Origin: an uncultured Acidobacteriota bacterium | GTDB lineage: Bacteria > Acidobacteriota > Vicinamibacteria > Vicinamibacterales > UBA2999 | NCBI GenBank assembly: GCA_963723005.1 | Contig: CAVRPA010000008.1 | Coordinates: forward strand, 584,479-648,478 | Length of the DNA: 64,000 nucleotides | Direction: 5' to 3' | Shown: one piece after another, positions 1 through 10,865 of the stretch | How the letters are laid out: each line of letters opens with the position of its first letter | How positions within the stretch are numbered: the first letter of the stretch is position 1 | The notes under the pieces: generated by a model | What the model saw: only the letters and a program-made list of their open reading frames with translations | Databases searched by the model: none | What the model was told of the DNA's origin: nothing | Position numbers and translations under genes: made by a program

Positions 1-843
1 CTGTGGTTCACGGCGATGGCGGCCAATCCGCTGGGCGCGGAGATTGCGCGTGGCCACGGTCTTGAGATTGGCTTCGGCTCGTGGCTCGTGGCCTCGTCCG
101 TGCCCACGCTGGTGGCGATGGCGTTGCTGCCCTGGCTGCTGTTCACGGTGATTCGGCCGGAAGTCACGGCCACGCCCGAAGCGCCGCGAGCAGCGCGGGC
201 GGCGCTTCTCGCCATGGGACCGTTGACCATGCACGAGAAAATCGTGGCAGTCACGTTCGCGGGGATGGTCGCGCTGTGGGGAGTGGCGGCCACCCTGGGC
301 CTCGATTCAACGGCCATCGCCTTTCTGGGGCTTGGCGTGCTGCTGACCGCCGGGGTCCTGACGCTGGATGACATCGCCAAGGAAGGTGACGTACTGGCAA
401 CGTTCATCTGGTTCGCGGTGTTGTTCACCATGAGCGGCCAATTGAACGACCTCGGGTTCATGGGCTACGTGGGCGAGCGTCTGGCGCGCGGCCTGGACGG
501 GCTGTCGCCGGGGGTTGCCGGCGTCGCGCTGGTGGTGGCCTACGTGGCGCTGCACTATCTGTTCGTGAGCCAGACCGCGCACCTGCTGGCGCTTTTCGGC
601 GTGTTCCTCGACGTTGGCGTGACGCTCGGCGTGCCGGCGGCGCCGCTCGCGTTCCTGTTGCTGTTCGCCACCAACTTTTTCTCGGCCAACACCCCGCAGG
701 GCTCGAGCGCAAACCTGCTGTTCGTGGGGAGCGGGTGTCTCACGCAGGGCGAGCTGTACCGGCTTGGCGCCATCACGACGGCATTCAACCTGGTGGTGTT
801 CCTGCTGGTGGGCACGCCGTGGCTGTTGTTTCTCTATCGGTAA
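1..843 (+). CDS. DASS/SLC13-like anion (di/tricarboxylate) permease, C-terminal fragment; the gene starts upstream of the window
   Basis: ORF 16..843 is open to the window edge. It has a string of hydrophobic TM-like segments and an 'FFSANTPQGSSAN' S-x-N-T hairpin-type motif typical of this permease class. Family resemblance only. Confidence 0.65.
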   Translation: MWFTAMAANPLGAEIARGHGLEIGFGSWLVASSVPTLVAMALLPWLLFTVIRPEVTATPEAPRAARAALLAMGPLTMHEKIVAVTFAGMVALWGVAATLGLDSTAIAFLGLGVLLTAGVLTLDDIAKEGDVLATFIWFAVLFTMSGQLNDLGFMGYVGERLARGLDGLSPGVAGVALVVAYVALHYLFVSQTAHLLALFGVFLDVGVTLGVPAAPLAFLLLFATNFFSANTPQGSSANLLFVGSGCLTQGELYRLGAITTAFNLVVFLLVGTPWLLFLYR

Positions 844-863
844 CGGGTCGAAGGAGGCTGGTC

Positions 864-1931
864 ATGTTCCGGATGTCTCGGCTGTCACTCGTCGGGGTGT
901 GTGTGGCGGTCCTGTTGACTGCGCCGGCCGGCGCTCAACCGAAGCTGCCGACGGTCGTGGTACTGGCCACGGGCGGTACGATTGCGGGTGCCGCCGGCAG
1001 CGACGTGCAGGCCGGCTACGCCTCGGGGCAGGTGGGCGTGGAGCAACTGCTGGCCGCGGTGCCCCAGGCCCGGAAGGTGGCCACGCTGCGCGGCGAGCAG
1101 ATCTCGAATATCGGGTCGCAGGACATGAATGACGAGGTCTGGCTGAAGCTGGCGCGCCGCGTCAACGAGCTCACTGCGATGGCCGACGTCGATGGCATCG
1201 TCATCACGCACGGCACCGATACCATCGAGGAAACCAGCTACTTCCTCAATCTGGTCGTGAAGTCGCGGAAACCGGTGGTGATGACGGCGTCCATGCGCCC
1301 TTCGACGGCGCTGTCGGCGGACGGTCCCCTCAACTTCTACAACGCGGTGGCCGTGGCGGCCGACCGGGATGCAGCCGGGCGCGGTGTGCTCGTGGTGATC
1401 AACGACTGGATTCACGGCGCGCGCTCGATCACCAAGACCAGCACGACGGCGGTGCAGACGTTCATGTCGCCGCTGCAGGGGCTGATCGGCACGGTCGCGT
1501 ACGGCACAGTGGAGTACTACCGCACTCCGGTTGGCAAGCACACCACGCAGTCGGAGTTCTCGCTCGACGGCGTGACCGCGCTGCCACGCGTGGACATCGT
1601 CATGGCGCACGAGAACATGGATGGAGTGATGCTCAACGCCGCCGCCGCGGCCGGCGCGAAGGGCGTGGTGGTGGCCGGAGTGGGCAACGGCAACATGACG
1701 GCCTCGGCGCTCGAGACGCTGGCCGGCCTCTCGACGAAGGGGATCATCGCCGTGCGATCCACCCGGGTGACGATAGGCCGCGTGGGTCGCAATGTCGAGG
1801 TGGATGACGACAAGCTTGGGCTCGTGGCGTCCGACGAGTTGAACCCCCAGAAGGCGCGTGTGCTGCTGCGGCTCGCGCTGCTGAAGCCGCGGCCGCTGGC
1901 TGAGATCCAGCGGCTCTTCCTCGAATACTGA
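864..1931 (+). CDS. ansB: periplasmic type II L-asparaginase
   Basis: Internal ATG at 864 is preceded by AAGGAGG (851-857). The N-terminus MFRMSRLSLVGVCVAVLLTAPAGA looks like a signal peptide. Signatures 'VVLATGGTIAG' and 'ITHGTDTIEETSYFL' are present. Confidence 0.9.
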   Translation: MFRMSRLSLVGVCVAVLLTAPAGAQPKLPTVVVLATGGTIAGAAGSDVQAGYASGQVGVEQLLAAVPQARKVATLRGEQISNIGSQDMNDEVWLKLARRVNELTAMADVDGIVITHGTDTIEETSYFLNLVVKSRKPVVMTASMRPSTALSADGPLNFYNAVAVAADRDAAGRGVLVVINDWIHGARSITKTSTTAVQTFMSPLQGLIGTVAYGTVEYYRTPVGKHTTQSEFSLDGVTALPRVDIVMAHENMDGVMLNAAAAAGAKGVVVAGVGNGNMTASALETLAGLSTKGIIAVRSTRVTIGRVGRNVEVDDDKLGLVASDELNPQKARVLLRLALLKPRPLAEIQRLFLEY

Positions 1932-1946
1932 GGAGACGCGAGGCGC

Positions 1947-4337
1947 CTAGTCCTTTAGCTCCACCACCGTTGCCCCGCCCCCGCCCTGGTTCTCCGGCGC
2001 CGGGGCGTATTTGGCCACCAGCGGGTGGTCCTTCAGGAACGCCTGCAGGCCGCGGCGCAACTGGCCGGTGCCGTGACCGTGGACGATGCGCAGCTCGCGC
2101 AGGTCGGTGACCATGGTGTCGTCGAGGAAGCGCGAGACCCGGTCGACCGCTTCTTCCACGGTGCAGCCGATCACGTTGATCTCGCTGAGCGAGCCTTCGC
2201 GCGGCCGCAGGTCCACGTTCACACGCACGCGCGACTGGCCGGCCGGCTGCGTGGACGGGCCGCCCAGCACCCGAACGTCCTTCGTCTTGGCCCGCATCCG
2301 CTTGCCGCGGACGTCAACTTCCACCTGCGATCCGTGGATCTGGACCACCGTGCCCTCGAGGCCCATGCCCACCGCCACCTTCGAACCGATCACCAGCGGC
2401 CCTGCCTGCGCGGCTTCGGCGGCCGGCTCGGCCGAGGGATTCTTCAACCCTTCGACAATGCGATCGAGTGCCGCCCGCGCCTCGGCCCTGGCCGCTCCCG
2501 ACTGCCCGGTGTTCAGCACCGCGCCGGCGGCGCGGACGCTGGACGCCTTCTCCACGAGCGCTTCGGACTTTTCCTTCAGCTGATCGATCACGCTGTCGAT
2601 GTCGCGGCGGGCTTGCCGCAGCCGATCGTCCAGCTTCTCGTTCAGCCGTTTCCTGAGCGCCTCTTCGCGCTCGGTGATCTGGCGCTCGCGCTGCTCGATC
2701 GCGGTGCGCTGTTCGGCGGCCGCGCGACGCTCGCGGTCCAGCTTGTTGCGCTCGGCATCGAGGGCGCGCGCCTGCGCGTCAACGCGATCGAGGTGCGCCT
2801 GCAGGCGCTTCTGGTCGTCACTCAGGAAGCCCCGTGCCGCGGCGACCACGGCCAGCGGCATCCCCAGACGCTGTGCCATCTCGATCGCCAGGCTGCGCCC
2901 CGGCGCGCCGTAGATCAGCCGATAGGTCGGCGCGTAGGTCTGCGGATCGAAGGCAAACCCCGCGACGGTGACGCCCTCGGTGGCGGTGCCCCACGTCTTT
3001 ACCACGTCGAAGTGGGTGGTCGCGATGAGGTGCGCCCCCCGCTGCCGGAAATGGTTCACCAGCGCCGTGGCCAGCGCGCCGCCCTCGTTCGGATCGGTGC
3101 CGGTGCCGACTTCGTCGAGCAGCACCAGCGCCGGGAGATCCAGCGACCGATCCATGGCCACCAGATTGGTGATGTGCGCCGAGAACGTGCTGAGGCTGGC
3201 GGCAATCGACTGCTCGTCACCGATGTCAGCGAACACCGAGCGGAACACCGGCAGCCGCGCGGTCACCGCCGGGACGTGCAGGCCGGACTGGGCCATCAGC
3301 GCGAACAATCCGGCGGTCTTCAGGGCGACGGTCTTGCCCCCGGTATTCGGGCCGGTGATGAGGAGCACGCGGCTGGGAGGTTCCAGCACGATGTCGATGG
3401 GAACGGCTTTCTCGAGCAGGGGATGTCGCGCCCCCCGCAGTTCGAAGGATCGATCAGCGACGAACACTGGCTCGATGCCGCCGAGGCGCGCGGAGTGTCG
3501 CGCCCGCGCCTGCAGCACGTCCAGCTCGGTGGCGACTGATTCCACCGCGCGCAGGTCGCCTGGCCGCCGGCGGAAGCGGTCGGTCAGCTCCAGCAGGATG
3601 CGGAAGATCTCTTCCCGCTCGCGCTCTTCGAGCTCGACGATGTCGTTGTTGATTTCGACCGTGGCGGCGGGCTCCAGGAACAGGCTTGCGCCGCTGCCCG
3701 AGCTGCCGTGCACGATGCCCGGGACGTTGCCCCGGTGTTCGGCGCGCACCAGCAGCACGTAGCGGCCGTTCCGCTCGGTGATCACTTCGTCCTGCAGATA
3801 CTTCGACGTGTCCTTGCCGCGCGCGAACTGTTCGAGCGTCTGGCGCAGCTTCTGCCGCAGGTGCCGCAGGCGGTCGCGAATGCCGCGGAGCGCGGGGCTG
3901 GCGTTGTCGAGCACCTCGCCCGAGACGTCGATGGCCTCGCGGACCGCAGCCACCTCGGCCTTGAAACTCGCCAGCTGGCTGACGATCGCGTTCAGCAGTG
4001 GAAACGAACCCTTCGCGGCCAGGATGCCGGCGCGCGACCGCTCCACCGAGTCGACGAACTCGGCCAGGGTCCGCAGCGACAGCGGATCCAGCGGGCGTCC
4101 CTCGATGCCGAGCGAGGCCAGCGACTCGACGAGGCCCTGCCCGGCGCGCAGCGGGAACGCGGGATTCTGCTCGAAGAATCGCACCGTCTCGCTGGTGCCG
4201 TGCTGCAGCGCCGCGACGTCGCGGAGCTCGGTGGCCGGCTTCGCCACCTCCAGCCGCGCCCGGCCGAGCGGCGTCAGCGACAGCCCGGCGACGTCAGCGA
4301 CGATGCGATCGAATTCAAGGGTCCGGAATGCCAACAT
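1947..4337 (-). CDS. mutS2: endonuclease MutS2 (MutS domain V ATPase plus C-terminal Smr domain)
   Basis: Walker A 'GPNTGGKTVALKT' and Smr tail 'IVHGHGTGQLRRGLQAFL'. Start placed at the internal Met (MLAFRTLEFDRI), because the 34 upstream codons of ORF 1947..4439 run through the repeat spacer. Confidence 0.9.
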   Translation of the reverse strand: MLAFRTLEFDRIVADVAGLSLTPLGRARLEVAKPATELRDVAALQHGTSETVRFFEQNPAFPLRAGQGLVESLASLGIEGRPLDPLSLRTLAEFVDSVERSRAGILAAKGSFPLLNAIVSQLASFKAEVAAVREAIDVSGEVLDNASPALRGIRDRLRHLRQKLRQTLEQFARGKDTSKYLQDEVITERNGRYVLLVRAEHRGNVPGIVHGSSGSGASLFLEPAATVEINNDIVELEEREREEIFRILLELTDRFRRRPGDLRAVESVATELDVLQARARHSARLGGIEPVFVADRSFELRGARHPLLEKAVPIDIVLEPPSRVLLITGPNTGGKTVALKTAGLFALMAQSGLHVPAVTARLPVFRSVFADIGDEQSIAASLSTFSAHITNLVAMDRSLDLPALVLLDEVGTGTDPNEGGALATALVNHFRQRGAHLIATTHFDVVKTWGTATEGVTVAGFAFDPQTYAPTYRLIYGAPGRSLAIEMAQRLGMPLAVVAAARGFLSDDQKRLQAHLDRVDAQARALDAERNKLDRERRAAAEQRTAIEQRERQITEREEALRKRLNEKLDDRLRQARRDIDSVIDQLKEKSEALVEKASSVRAAGAVLNTGQSGAARAEARAALDRIVEGLKNPSAEPAAEAAQAGPLVIGSKVAVGMGLEGTVVQIHGSQVEVDVRGKRMRAKTKDVRVLGGPSTQPAGQSRVRVNVDLRPREGSLSEINVIGCTVEEAVDRVSRFLDDTMVTDLRELRIVHGHGTGQLRRGLQAFLKDHPLVAKYAPAPENQGGGGATVVELKD

Positions 4338-4344
4338 AGGAGTG

Positions 4345-4490
4345 AACTGGCGAATCTGATGAGGTGGTGAGATGGTGATCTCGGAGATCGTGAACGTGAG
4401 ATCTAGAGATCGCGGCGATCGATCTGACGATCGCCACATCCCCCGATCAGATCACCACTTCACGACGTCACCACATCACCAGATCGGACC
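4345..4490. repeat. degenerate 7-nt-phased spacer (GAGATCN / GGTGATN / ATCACCA units) filling the larB-mutS2 intergenic region
   Basis: GATC-containing heptads recur in approximate 7-nt register: ggtgatc tcggaga tcgtgaa cgtgaga tctagag atcgcgg cgatcga. It shares GGTGATCTCGG-like words with 39007-39061. Confidence 0.6.
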
Positions 4491-4492
4491 GC

Positions 4493-5251
4493 CTAAAGAT
4501 GGTTGATCATACTGGCGATGCAGCCGGCGCCGAACCCGTTGTCGATGTTCACCACCGACACGCCGTTCGCGCAGGAGTTCAGCATCCCGAGCAGCGCGGC
4601 AACGCCGCCGAAGCTGGCCCCGTAGCCGATGCTCGTGGGGACGGCGACGACCGGAACATGGACCATACCGGCGATCACGCTCGGCAGCGCGCCCTCCATC
4701 CCCGCGACGACGACGATGACGCGCGCGGTCTCGAGGCGCGCCCGCTCGCGGAGCACCCGGTGGATGCCGGCCACGCCGACGTCGTAGAAGCGCTCCACGT
4801 CATTCCCCATCAGCTCCGCGGTGACCGCAGCTTCCTCGGCCACCGGCACGTCGGAGGTGCCCGCCGAGGCGATCGCGATGGTGCCCTTGCCGCGCGGCAC
4901 CTCGCGCCGCAAGGTGATGGCGCGGGCCAGTTCGTGGTACTCCGCGCCCGGGACACAGGCCTCGACGGCCTGCCACGCGGCATGGTCGGCGCGGGTGACG
5001 AGCAGCGGATGCCCGCGGTGCACAATCGCCGCGGCGATGGCGGCAATCTGCGCGGGGGACTTGCCCAGACCGAGGATGACCTCCGGGAATCCCTGACGCG
5101 TGGCGCGGTGGTGATCCACCCTGGCGAACCCCAGGTCAGTCAACGGTTCGGCGCGCAGCGCCGCCAGCAGCGCCCGATGGGCATCGTCGGCCGAGCGGCC
5201 GCCGTCGCGGACCTCGTCAAGGAGAATTCGCAGCTCGTCTGGGCTCATCAT
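4493..5251 (-). CDS. larB: nickel-pincer cofactor biosynthesis protein LarB (PurE-like AIR carboxylase fold)
   Basis: 252 aa. The C-terminal PurE-like half is 'GTIAIASAGTSDVPVAEEA...VVVAGMEGALPSVIAGMV...VVAVPTSIGYG', with the N-terminal LarB-type extension. Confidence 0.75.
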   Translation of the reverse strand: MMSPDELRILLDEVRDGGRSADDAHRALLAALRAEPLTDLGFARVDHHRATRQGFPEVILGLGKSPAQIAAIAAAIVHRGHPLLVTRADHAAWQAVEACVPGAEYHELARAITLRREVPRGKGTIAIASAGTSDVPVAEEAAVTAELMGNDVERFYDVGVAGIHRVLRERARLETARVIVVVAGMEGALPSVIAGMVHVPVVAVPTSIGYGASFGGVAALLGMLNSCANGVSVVNIDNGFGAGCIASMINHL

Positions 5252-5273
5252 CGGGTGTATCGTGCCTGTTTTG

Positions 5274-5301
5274 TTGACTTTAGCGTCTTCAAAAGTACAA
5301 T
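5274..5301 (+). promoter_or_regulatory. sigma70-like promoter for the GT2 gene (TTGACT-16 nt-TACAAT)
   Basis: Near-consensus -35 TTGACT (5274-5279) and -10 TACAAT (5296-5301) lie in an AT-rich divergent spacer between larB and the GT2 gene. Confidence 0.5.
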
Positions 5302-5337
5302 GGTGGTTTGAGTTGGCGTGACCAGCTCAGGCCAAGC

Positions 5338-6834
5338 ATGACCCCGATAGAAACGCTCATACTCGCATCGTACTTCTTCGTTCTGCTGATCCTCGCCGTT
5401 TACGGGTGGCACCGGTACTACATGGTCTACCTGTATATGAAGCACAAGGATGAGCAGCCGGTGCCGATCAAGGCATTCGACGCCCTGCCGGTCATCACGG
5501 TTCAGCTGCCCATCTTCAACGAGATGTACGTGGTGGACCGGCTGATCGACACGGTCTGCCAGTTGGACTACCCCCTCGAACTGCTTGAAATCCAGGTCCT
5601 CGACGACTCGACCGACGAGACGCAGGAGATCGCGGAACTGGCGGTACGCCGCCACGCGGCGCAGGGGATGGACATCAAGTACCTGCACCGGACCGACCGG
5701 ACGGGGTACAAGGCCGGCGCCCTGGACGAGGGCCTGAAAGTGGCGCGCGGACAGTTCGTCGCCATCTTCGACGCCGACTTCACGCCGAAGCCCGACTTCC
5801 TGATGCGGATGGTCCACTATTTCACGGATCCCAAGGTGGCGATGGTGCAGGCGCGCTGGGGGCACATCAACCAGGACTACTCGCTGCTGACCAAGATCCA
5901 GAGCATCCTGCTCGATGCGCACTTCGTCCTCGAGCACGGCTCGCGGAACCGGGGCGGCTGCTTCTTCAATTTCAACGGCACGGCCGGCATGTGGCGCCGC
6001 GAGGCGATTGCCGACGGCGGCGGCTGGCAGCACGACACGCTGACCGAAGACCTCGACCTCAGCTACCGCACGCAGCTGCGTGGCTGGCAGTTCGTGTTCG
6101 TGCAGGACCACGTCGCGCCGGCTGAGCTGCCGGTCGAGATGAACGCGTTCAAGTCACAGCAGCATCGCTGGGCGAAGGGGTCGATCCAGACCTTCCTGAA
6201 GCTGATGCCCCGCATCCTGCAGTCGAACCAGCCGACCAAGGTGAAGGTCGAAGCGTTCTTCCACCTGTCGGCGAACCTGAACTACCCGTTGATGTGCGTG
6301 CTGTCGGTGCTGATGGCGCCGTCGATGATCATCCGCTACAACATGGGGTGGTACGAGATGATGCTCATCGACATCCCGCTGTTCTTCGCGGCGACGGCGT
6401 CGGTGGCCAACTTCTACATGGTGTCGCAGCGCGAGGTCTACCCGGACACGTGGACCGACCGCCTGAAGTACCTGCCCTTTCTCATGTCGATCGGCATCGG
6501 GCTGGCGGTGAACAACACCCGCGCCGTGTTCGAGGCCCTGTTCCACAAGCCCAGCGAGTTTGCGCGCACGCCGAAGTACGGCGTCGAGGGCCGCGCCGAC
6601 GACTGGGCCACCAAGAAGTATCGCCAGAACGTAGCCGTCCAGCCGCTGATCGAGGTGGCCCTGGGGCTCTACTTCACCGCGACGCTCTTCTACGCGCTCG
6701 CCAATGGCATCTACGGCACCGTGCCGTTCCTGATGCTCTTCCAGGTGGGCTTCCTCTACACCGGCCTGCTCTCGGTGTTCCAGCAGTTCGGCGGGGACGC
6801 GGTCGTCGAGGTCGCGCAGAGCAAGGAAGCGTAG
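5338..6834 (+). CDS. family 2 glycosyltransferase, processive cellulose-synthase-like (CslA/BcsA-like), multi-TM C-terminus
   Basis: 'DDSTDET', 'DADF', 'TEDLDLS' and 'QQHRWAKGS' (QxxRW) motifs, with TM segments at both ends. ATG at 5338 is preferred to the TTG at 5308. Confidence 0.85.
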   Translation: MTPIETLILASYFFVLLILAVYGWHRYYMVYLYMKHKDEQPVPIKAFDALPVITVQLPIFNEMYVVDRLIDTVCQLDYPLELLEIQVLDDSTDETQEIAELAVRRHAAQGMDIKYLHRTDRTGYKAGALDEGLKVARGQFVAIFDADFTPKPDFLMRMVHYFTDPKVAMVQARWGHINQDYSLLTKIQSILLDAHFVLEHGSRNRGGCFFNFNGTAGMWRREAIADGGGWQHDTLTEDLDLSYRTQLRGWQFVFVQDHVAPAELPVEMNAFKSQQHRWAKGSIQTFLKLMPRILQSNQPTKVKVEAFFHLSANLNYPLMCVLSVLMAPSMIIRYNMGWYEMMLIDIPLFFAATASVANFYMVSQREVYPDTWTDRLKYLPFLMSIGIGLAVNNTRAVFEALFHKPSEFARTPKYGVEGRADDWATKKYRQNVAVQPLIEVALGLYFTATLFYALANGIYGTVPFLMLFQVGFLYTGLLSVFQQFGGDAVVEVAQSKEA

Positions 6835-6840
6835 ACGGAG

Positions 6841-6875
6841 AGTTCAAGGTTCAAAGTTCAAGGTGCAGAGTTGGG
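6841..6875. repeat. five phased heptads AGTTCAA/GGTTCAA/AGTTCAA/GGTGCAG/AGTTGGG
   Basis: Direct reading of the spacer immediately after the GT2 stop codon (6832-6834). Confidence 0.6.
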
Positions 6876-6898
6876 CGGCCGCGGGGCCGCCCTTTTTT
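6873..6898 (+). terminator. rho-independent terminator after the GT2 gene
   Basis: GGGCGGCC-gcgg-GGCCGCCC perfect 8-bp stem followed by TTTTTT. Confidence 0.8.
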
Positions 6899-6997
6899 GT
6901 TGCCGTGCCGAGGCGGGATCCCCTCCCACGGCGTGCGCGTCTTTACCTCCAGTTCATCGGTATTCACGCGACCGGTTGGTCGCCCCCTGGAGGTGAA

Positions 6998-7700
6998 ATG
7001 ATGGTTCGATTTCTACCGGCCGCCGCACTCGCGGCTGCCCTGTTTGTCTCGTCCAGCGGCATCGCGGCCGCCCAGCCCGCAACGGTCTTCGTGGTGCACG
7101 GGATTCCCGGCGCCAATGGATTTCCAGTCGATATCAGCGTGACCGGCCCCGGCGTCAACGCCTGCGTGCCGAATGTGACGTTTACCCAGATCCTCGGTCC
7201 GGTCGCCCTGCCCGCTGGCGCCTACTCCGTGGCGGTCTACGGCGGCGGCAGCGGCTGCACGGGGAGCGGCGCTCGGTCCGGTCAACCTGTCGTTTGCTCC
7301 CGGCGAAACCGCCGCGGTCGCTGCGCATCTCACGGCGACGGGTGACCCCACGGCGGGCAAGTACGCTGTCGACCTGTCGTCGGCGGGGCCGGGTGCCGCG
7401 CGTGTCAACGTGTTTCACACAGCGGCGGCGCCCGAAGTGGATCTCGTCGTGGCGCGCGCCTACGGGCGCGGCGCCTCGCCTGAAACCAAGGTGACCGGCA
7501 TCGCGAATGGCGCCAGCCTGTCGACGCCGCTGCGCGCGGGGCAGTGGGATGTCGCGCTGCTGCCCGCTGGTGGCAGCGTGCCGGCGTTCGGTCCGGTCAA
7601 CGTGCCGGTGCGCCCCAAGACCGCGTATCTCGTGTTCGCGGTCGGCTCGCTCTCGGGCGGCACCTTCACGCTGGCGTCCACCGCCGTGCCGACGCGCTGA
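6998..7700 (+). pseudogene. secreted DUF4397-like two-repeat protein with one frame disruption near 7250-7270
   Basis: GGAGGTG RBS and ATG at 6998, with signal peptide MMVRFLPAAALAAALFVSSSGIAAAQ. The first repeat 'TVFVVHGIPGANGFPVDISV' is in ORF 6863..7345. The second repeat 'ARVNVFHTAAAPEVDLVV' continues in the frame of ORF 7410..7700, which is open upstream without a start codon. Confidence 0.5.
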
Positions 7701-7913
7701 GTTACTCGCGCCAACGTTCGAGGAGGGCGGCCCTTCGGGGCCGTCCTTCGCGCATTCAGGGACTGTCGCGGCCGGTCCTCGCTTTACACCGCGCAGCTGA
7801 GGATGCCGTCAACGATCGCTGGAACAGCTGCGCCAGCCCTGAGACGGCCCAAGATCGCAGGAACTGCATCGATTTCGAGGCGATCGTGCCAGGCCCCACG
7901 TTAAGATCCCCTC

Positions 7914-9053
<1,140 letters not shown>

Positions 9054-9067
9054 TCGCGGAGCTGCCC

Positions 9068-9994
9068 ATGACCGACTCCACCGCGACGCCAACGCCGAGG
9101 CCGGCACTGCTCTGCATCGACGACGATGCGATGGTGCACCGGATCGTGACGCACCTCGTCGACGGCTTCCGCTACTCGCGATACGACTGCGACTTCGCCT
9201 CCTCCTACGAGGACGGGCTGGTCAAGCTGGTGAACGGGTCGTACGCCGTGTGTCTGCTCGACTACCAGCTGGACGAGCGCAACGGCATCGAGCTGCTGCG
9301 GGAAGCCCGGCGGGTGAATCCCGACACGCCGGTGATCATGATCACCTCGTCGGAGTCCGACGAAGTGGACATCGCGGCCGCGGAAACCGGCGCCGTCGAT
9401 TTCCTGCTCAAGTCGGAGCTGACGCCGCCGATGCTCGAGCGCGCCGTGCGCTACGCCGTGAAGCTCGGCGCCAGCCTCCAGCAGTTGCGGTCGATGGCGC
9501 TGAGGGACGAGCTGACCGGCCTGCTGAATCGCCGCGAGCTGCAGAACCTGCTGCAGAACGAGTGGATGCGCTCGGTGCGGTTCCGCCGCCCGTTCTCGGT
9601 CGGCCTCGCCGACATCGACTTCTTCAAGCGCGTGAACGACGGCCACGGCCACATGGTCGGCGACCGGGTGATTTGTCATGTGGGGAACGTGCTGACCTCC
9701 ACGCTGCGCCGGCTGGACCGCGTGGCCCGCTTCGGCGGCGAGGAGTTCGCCATCCTGATGCCGGAAACCGGCCGCCGCGAAGCGGTGATCGCGATGGAGC
9801 GCGTGCGGGCGGCGATGTCGCTGTCGCCGTGCATCATCCCCGAACAGAACCTGACGATCCCGGTGACGCTCAGCTTCGGTGTGGCGGTCTCGCTCGAGGA
9901 CGCCGAAACCGCGGACGGCCTGCTGGCCGCGGCGGACAAGCGGCTGTACGACGCCAAGAAGGGCGGCCGCGACCGCGTCTGCGTCGAGGGTTAA
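9068..9994 (+). CDS. response regulator receiver - GGDEF diguanylate cyclase (PleD/WspR-like)
   Basis: ATG at 9068 inside ORF 8324..9994. Receiver 'LLCIDDD...LLDYQLDERNG...VIMITS'. GGDEF domain with 'RFGGEEF' and an RxxD I-site (RRLD) five residues upstream. Confidence 0.85.
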   Translation: MTDSTATPTPRPALLCIDDDAMVHRIVTHLVDGFRYSRYDCDFASSYEDGLVKLVNGSYAVCLLDYQLDERNGIELLREARRVNPDTPVIMITSSESDEVDIAAAETGAVDFLLKSELTPPMLERAVRYAVKLGASLQQLRSMALRDELTGLLNRRELQNLLQNEWMRSVRFRRPFSVGLADIDFFKRVNDGHGHMVGDRVICHVGNVLTSTLRRLDRVARFGGEEFAILMPETGRREAVIAMERVRAAMSLSPCIIPEQNLTIPVTLSFGVAVSLEDAETADGLLAAADKRLYDAKKGGRDRVCVEG

Positions 9995-10015
9995 CCCCGT
10001 TGACTGTGGGGTGAG

Positions 10016-10834
10016 ATGCAGGCGCCGGCCACCCTCCTCGGCGTCCCGTGGGACGCCTCCTCCTCGTTCCAGCGCGGCCCGGCCGCGGCGCCGCCGCTGA
10101 TCCGCCAGGCGCTCTGGTCGCCGTCCAGCAACACCTGGAACGAGCGCGGCCAGGATGTGTCGCGCTCGGAACTGCTGCAGGACGATGGCGATCTGGCGCT
10201 TCCGGACGAGGGCGCCGAGGCGCGGACGATGATCGAGGCGCGGGTGCGTGCGCTGCTGGACGAGGGACGAACGCCGCTGGTGCTCGGCGGCGATCACTCC
10301 ATCACCTATCCGGTGCTGCGGGCCTGGCGCGGGCGTGAATCCGCGCTCACGGTGCTGCACTTCGACGCCCACTCCGATCTCTACGACGACTTCGAAGGCG
10401 ACCGCTACTCGCACGCCTGTCCGTTCGCGCGGGCCATGGAAGAAGGGCTGATGGTGCGGCTGGTGCAGGTGGGCATCCGCTGCATGACGGCGCATCTGCG
10501 GGCGCAGGTGGCGCGCTTCGGCGTGGAGGTGTACGAGGCCAGCCGCTGGCGCGAGGCCGCCACCGTGATCGCCCGGCTCGACGGGCCGGTCTACATCTCG
10601 CTCGACCTCGACGTCCTCGAGCCGATGCTCGCGCCCGGCTTGTCGCACCCGGAGCCTGGGGGGCTGTCGGTGAGAGAGGTCGTCGATCTGATCGGCGCCG
10701 TCCGCGCGCCGGTGGTGGGCGCTGATGTCGTCGAGTACAACCCGAGGAACGACGTGCGCGATCTCACCGCGCGGGTGGCGGCGAAGTTCGTGAAGGAACT
10801 CGTCGGCGCCGGCGCGAGCGGCGCCGGGATCTGA
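10016..10834 (+). CDS. speB: arginase-family ureohydrolase (agmatinase-like)
   Basis: Mn-binding motifs 'LGGDHSITYPVL', 'HFDAHSDL' and 'SLDLDVLEP'. Substrate not assignable from sequence. Confidence 0.7.
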   Translation: MQAPATLLGVPWDASSSFQRGPAAAPPLIRQALWSPSSNTWNERGQDVSRSELLQDDGDLALPDEGAEARTMIEARVRALLDEGRTPLVLGGDHSITYPVLRAWRGRESALTVLHFDAHSDLYDDFEGDRYSHACPFARAMEEGLMVRLVQVGIRCMTAHLRAQVARFGVEVYEASRWREAATVIARLDGPVYISLDLDVLEPMLAPGLSHPEPGGLSVREVVDLIGAVRAPVVGADVVEYNPRNDVRDLTARVAAKFVKELVGAGASGAGI

Positions 10835-10865
10835 ACCCCGGCGCGCGCCCGCAGCGGCGCTGCTG

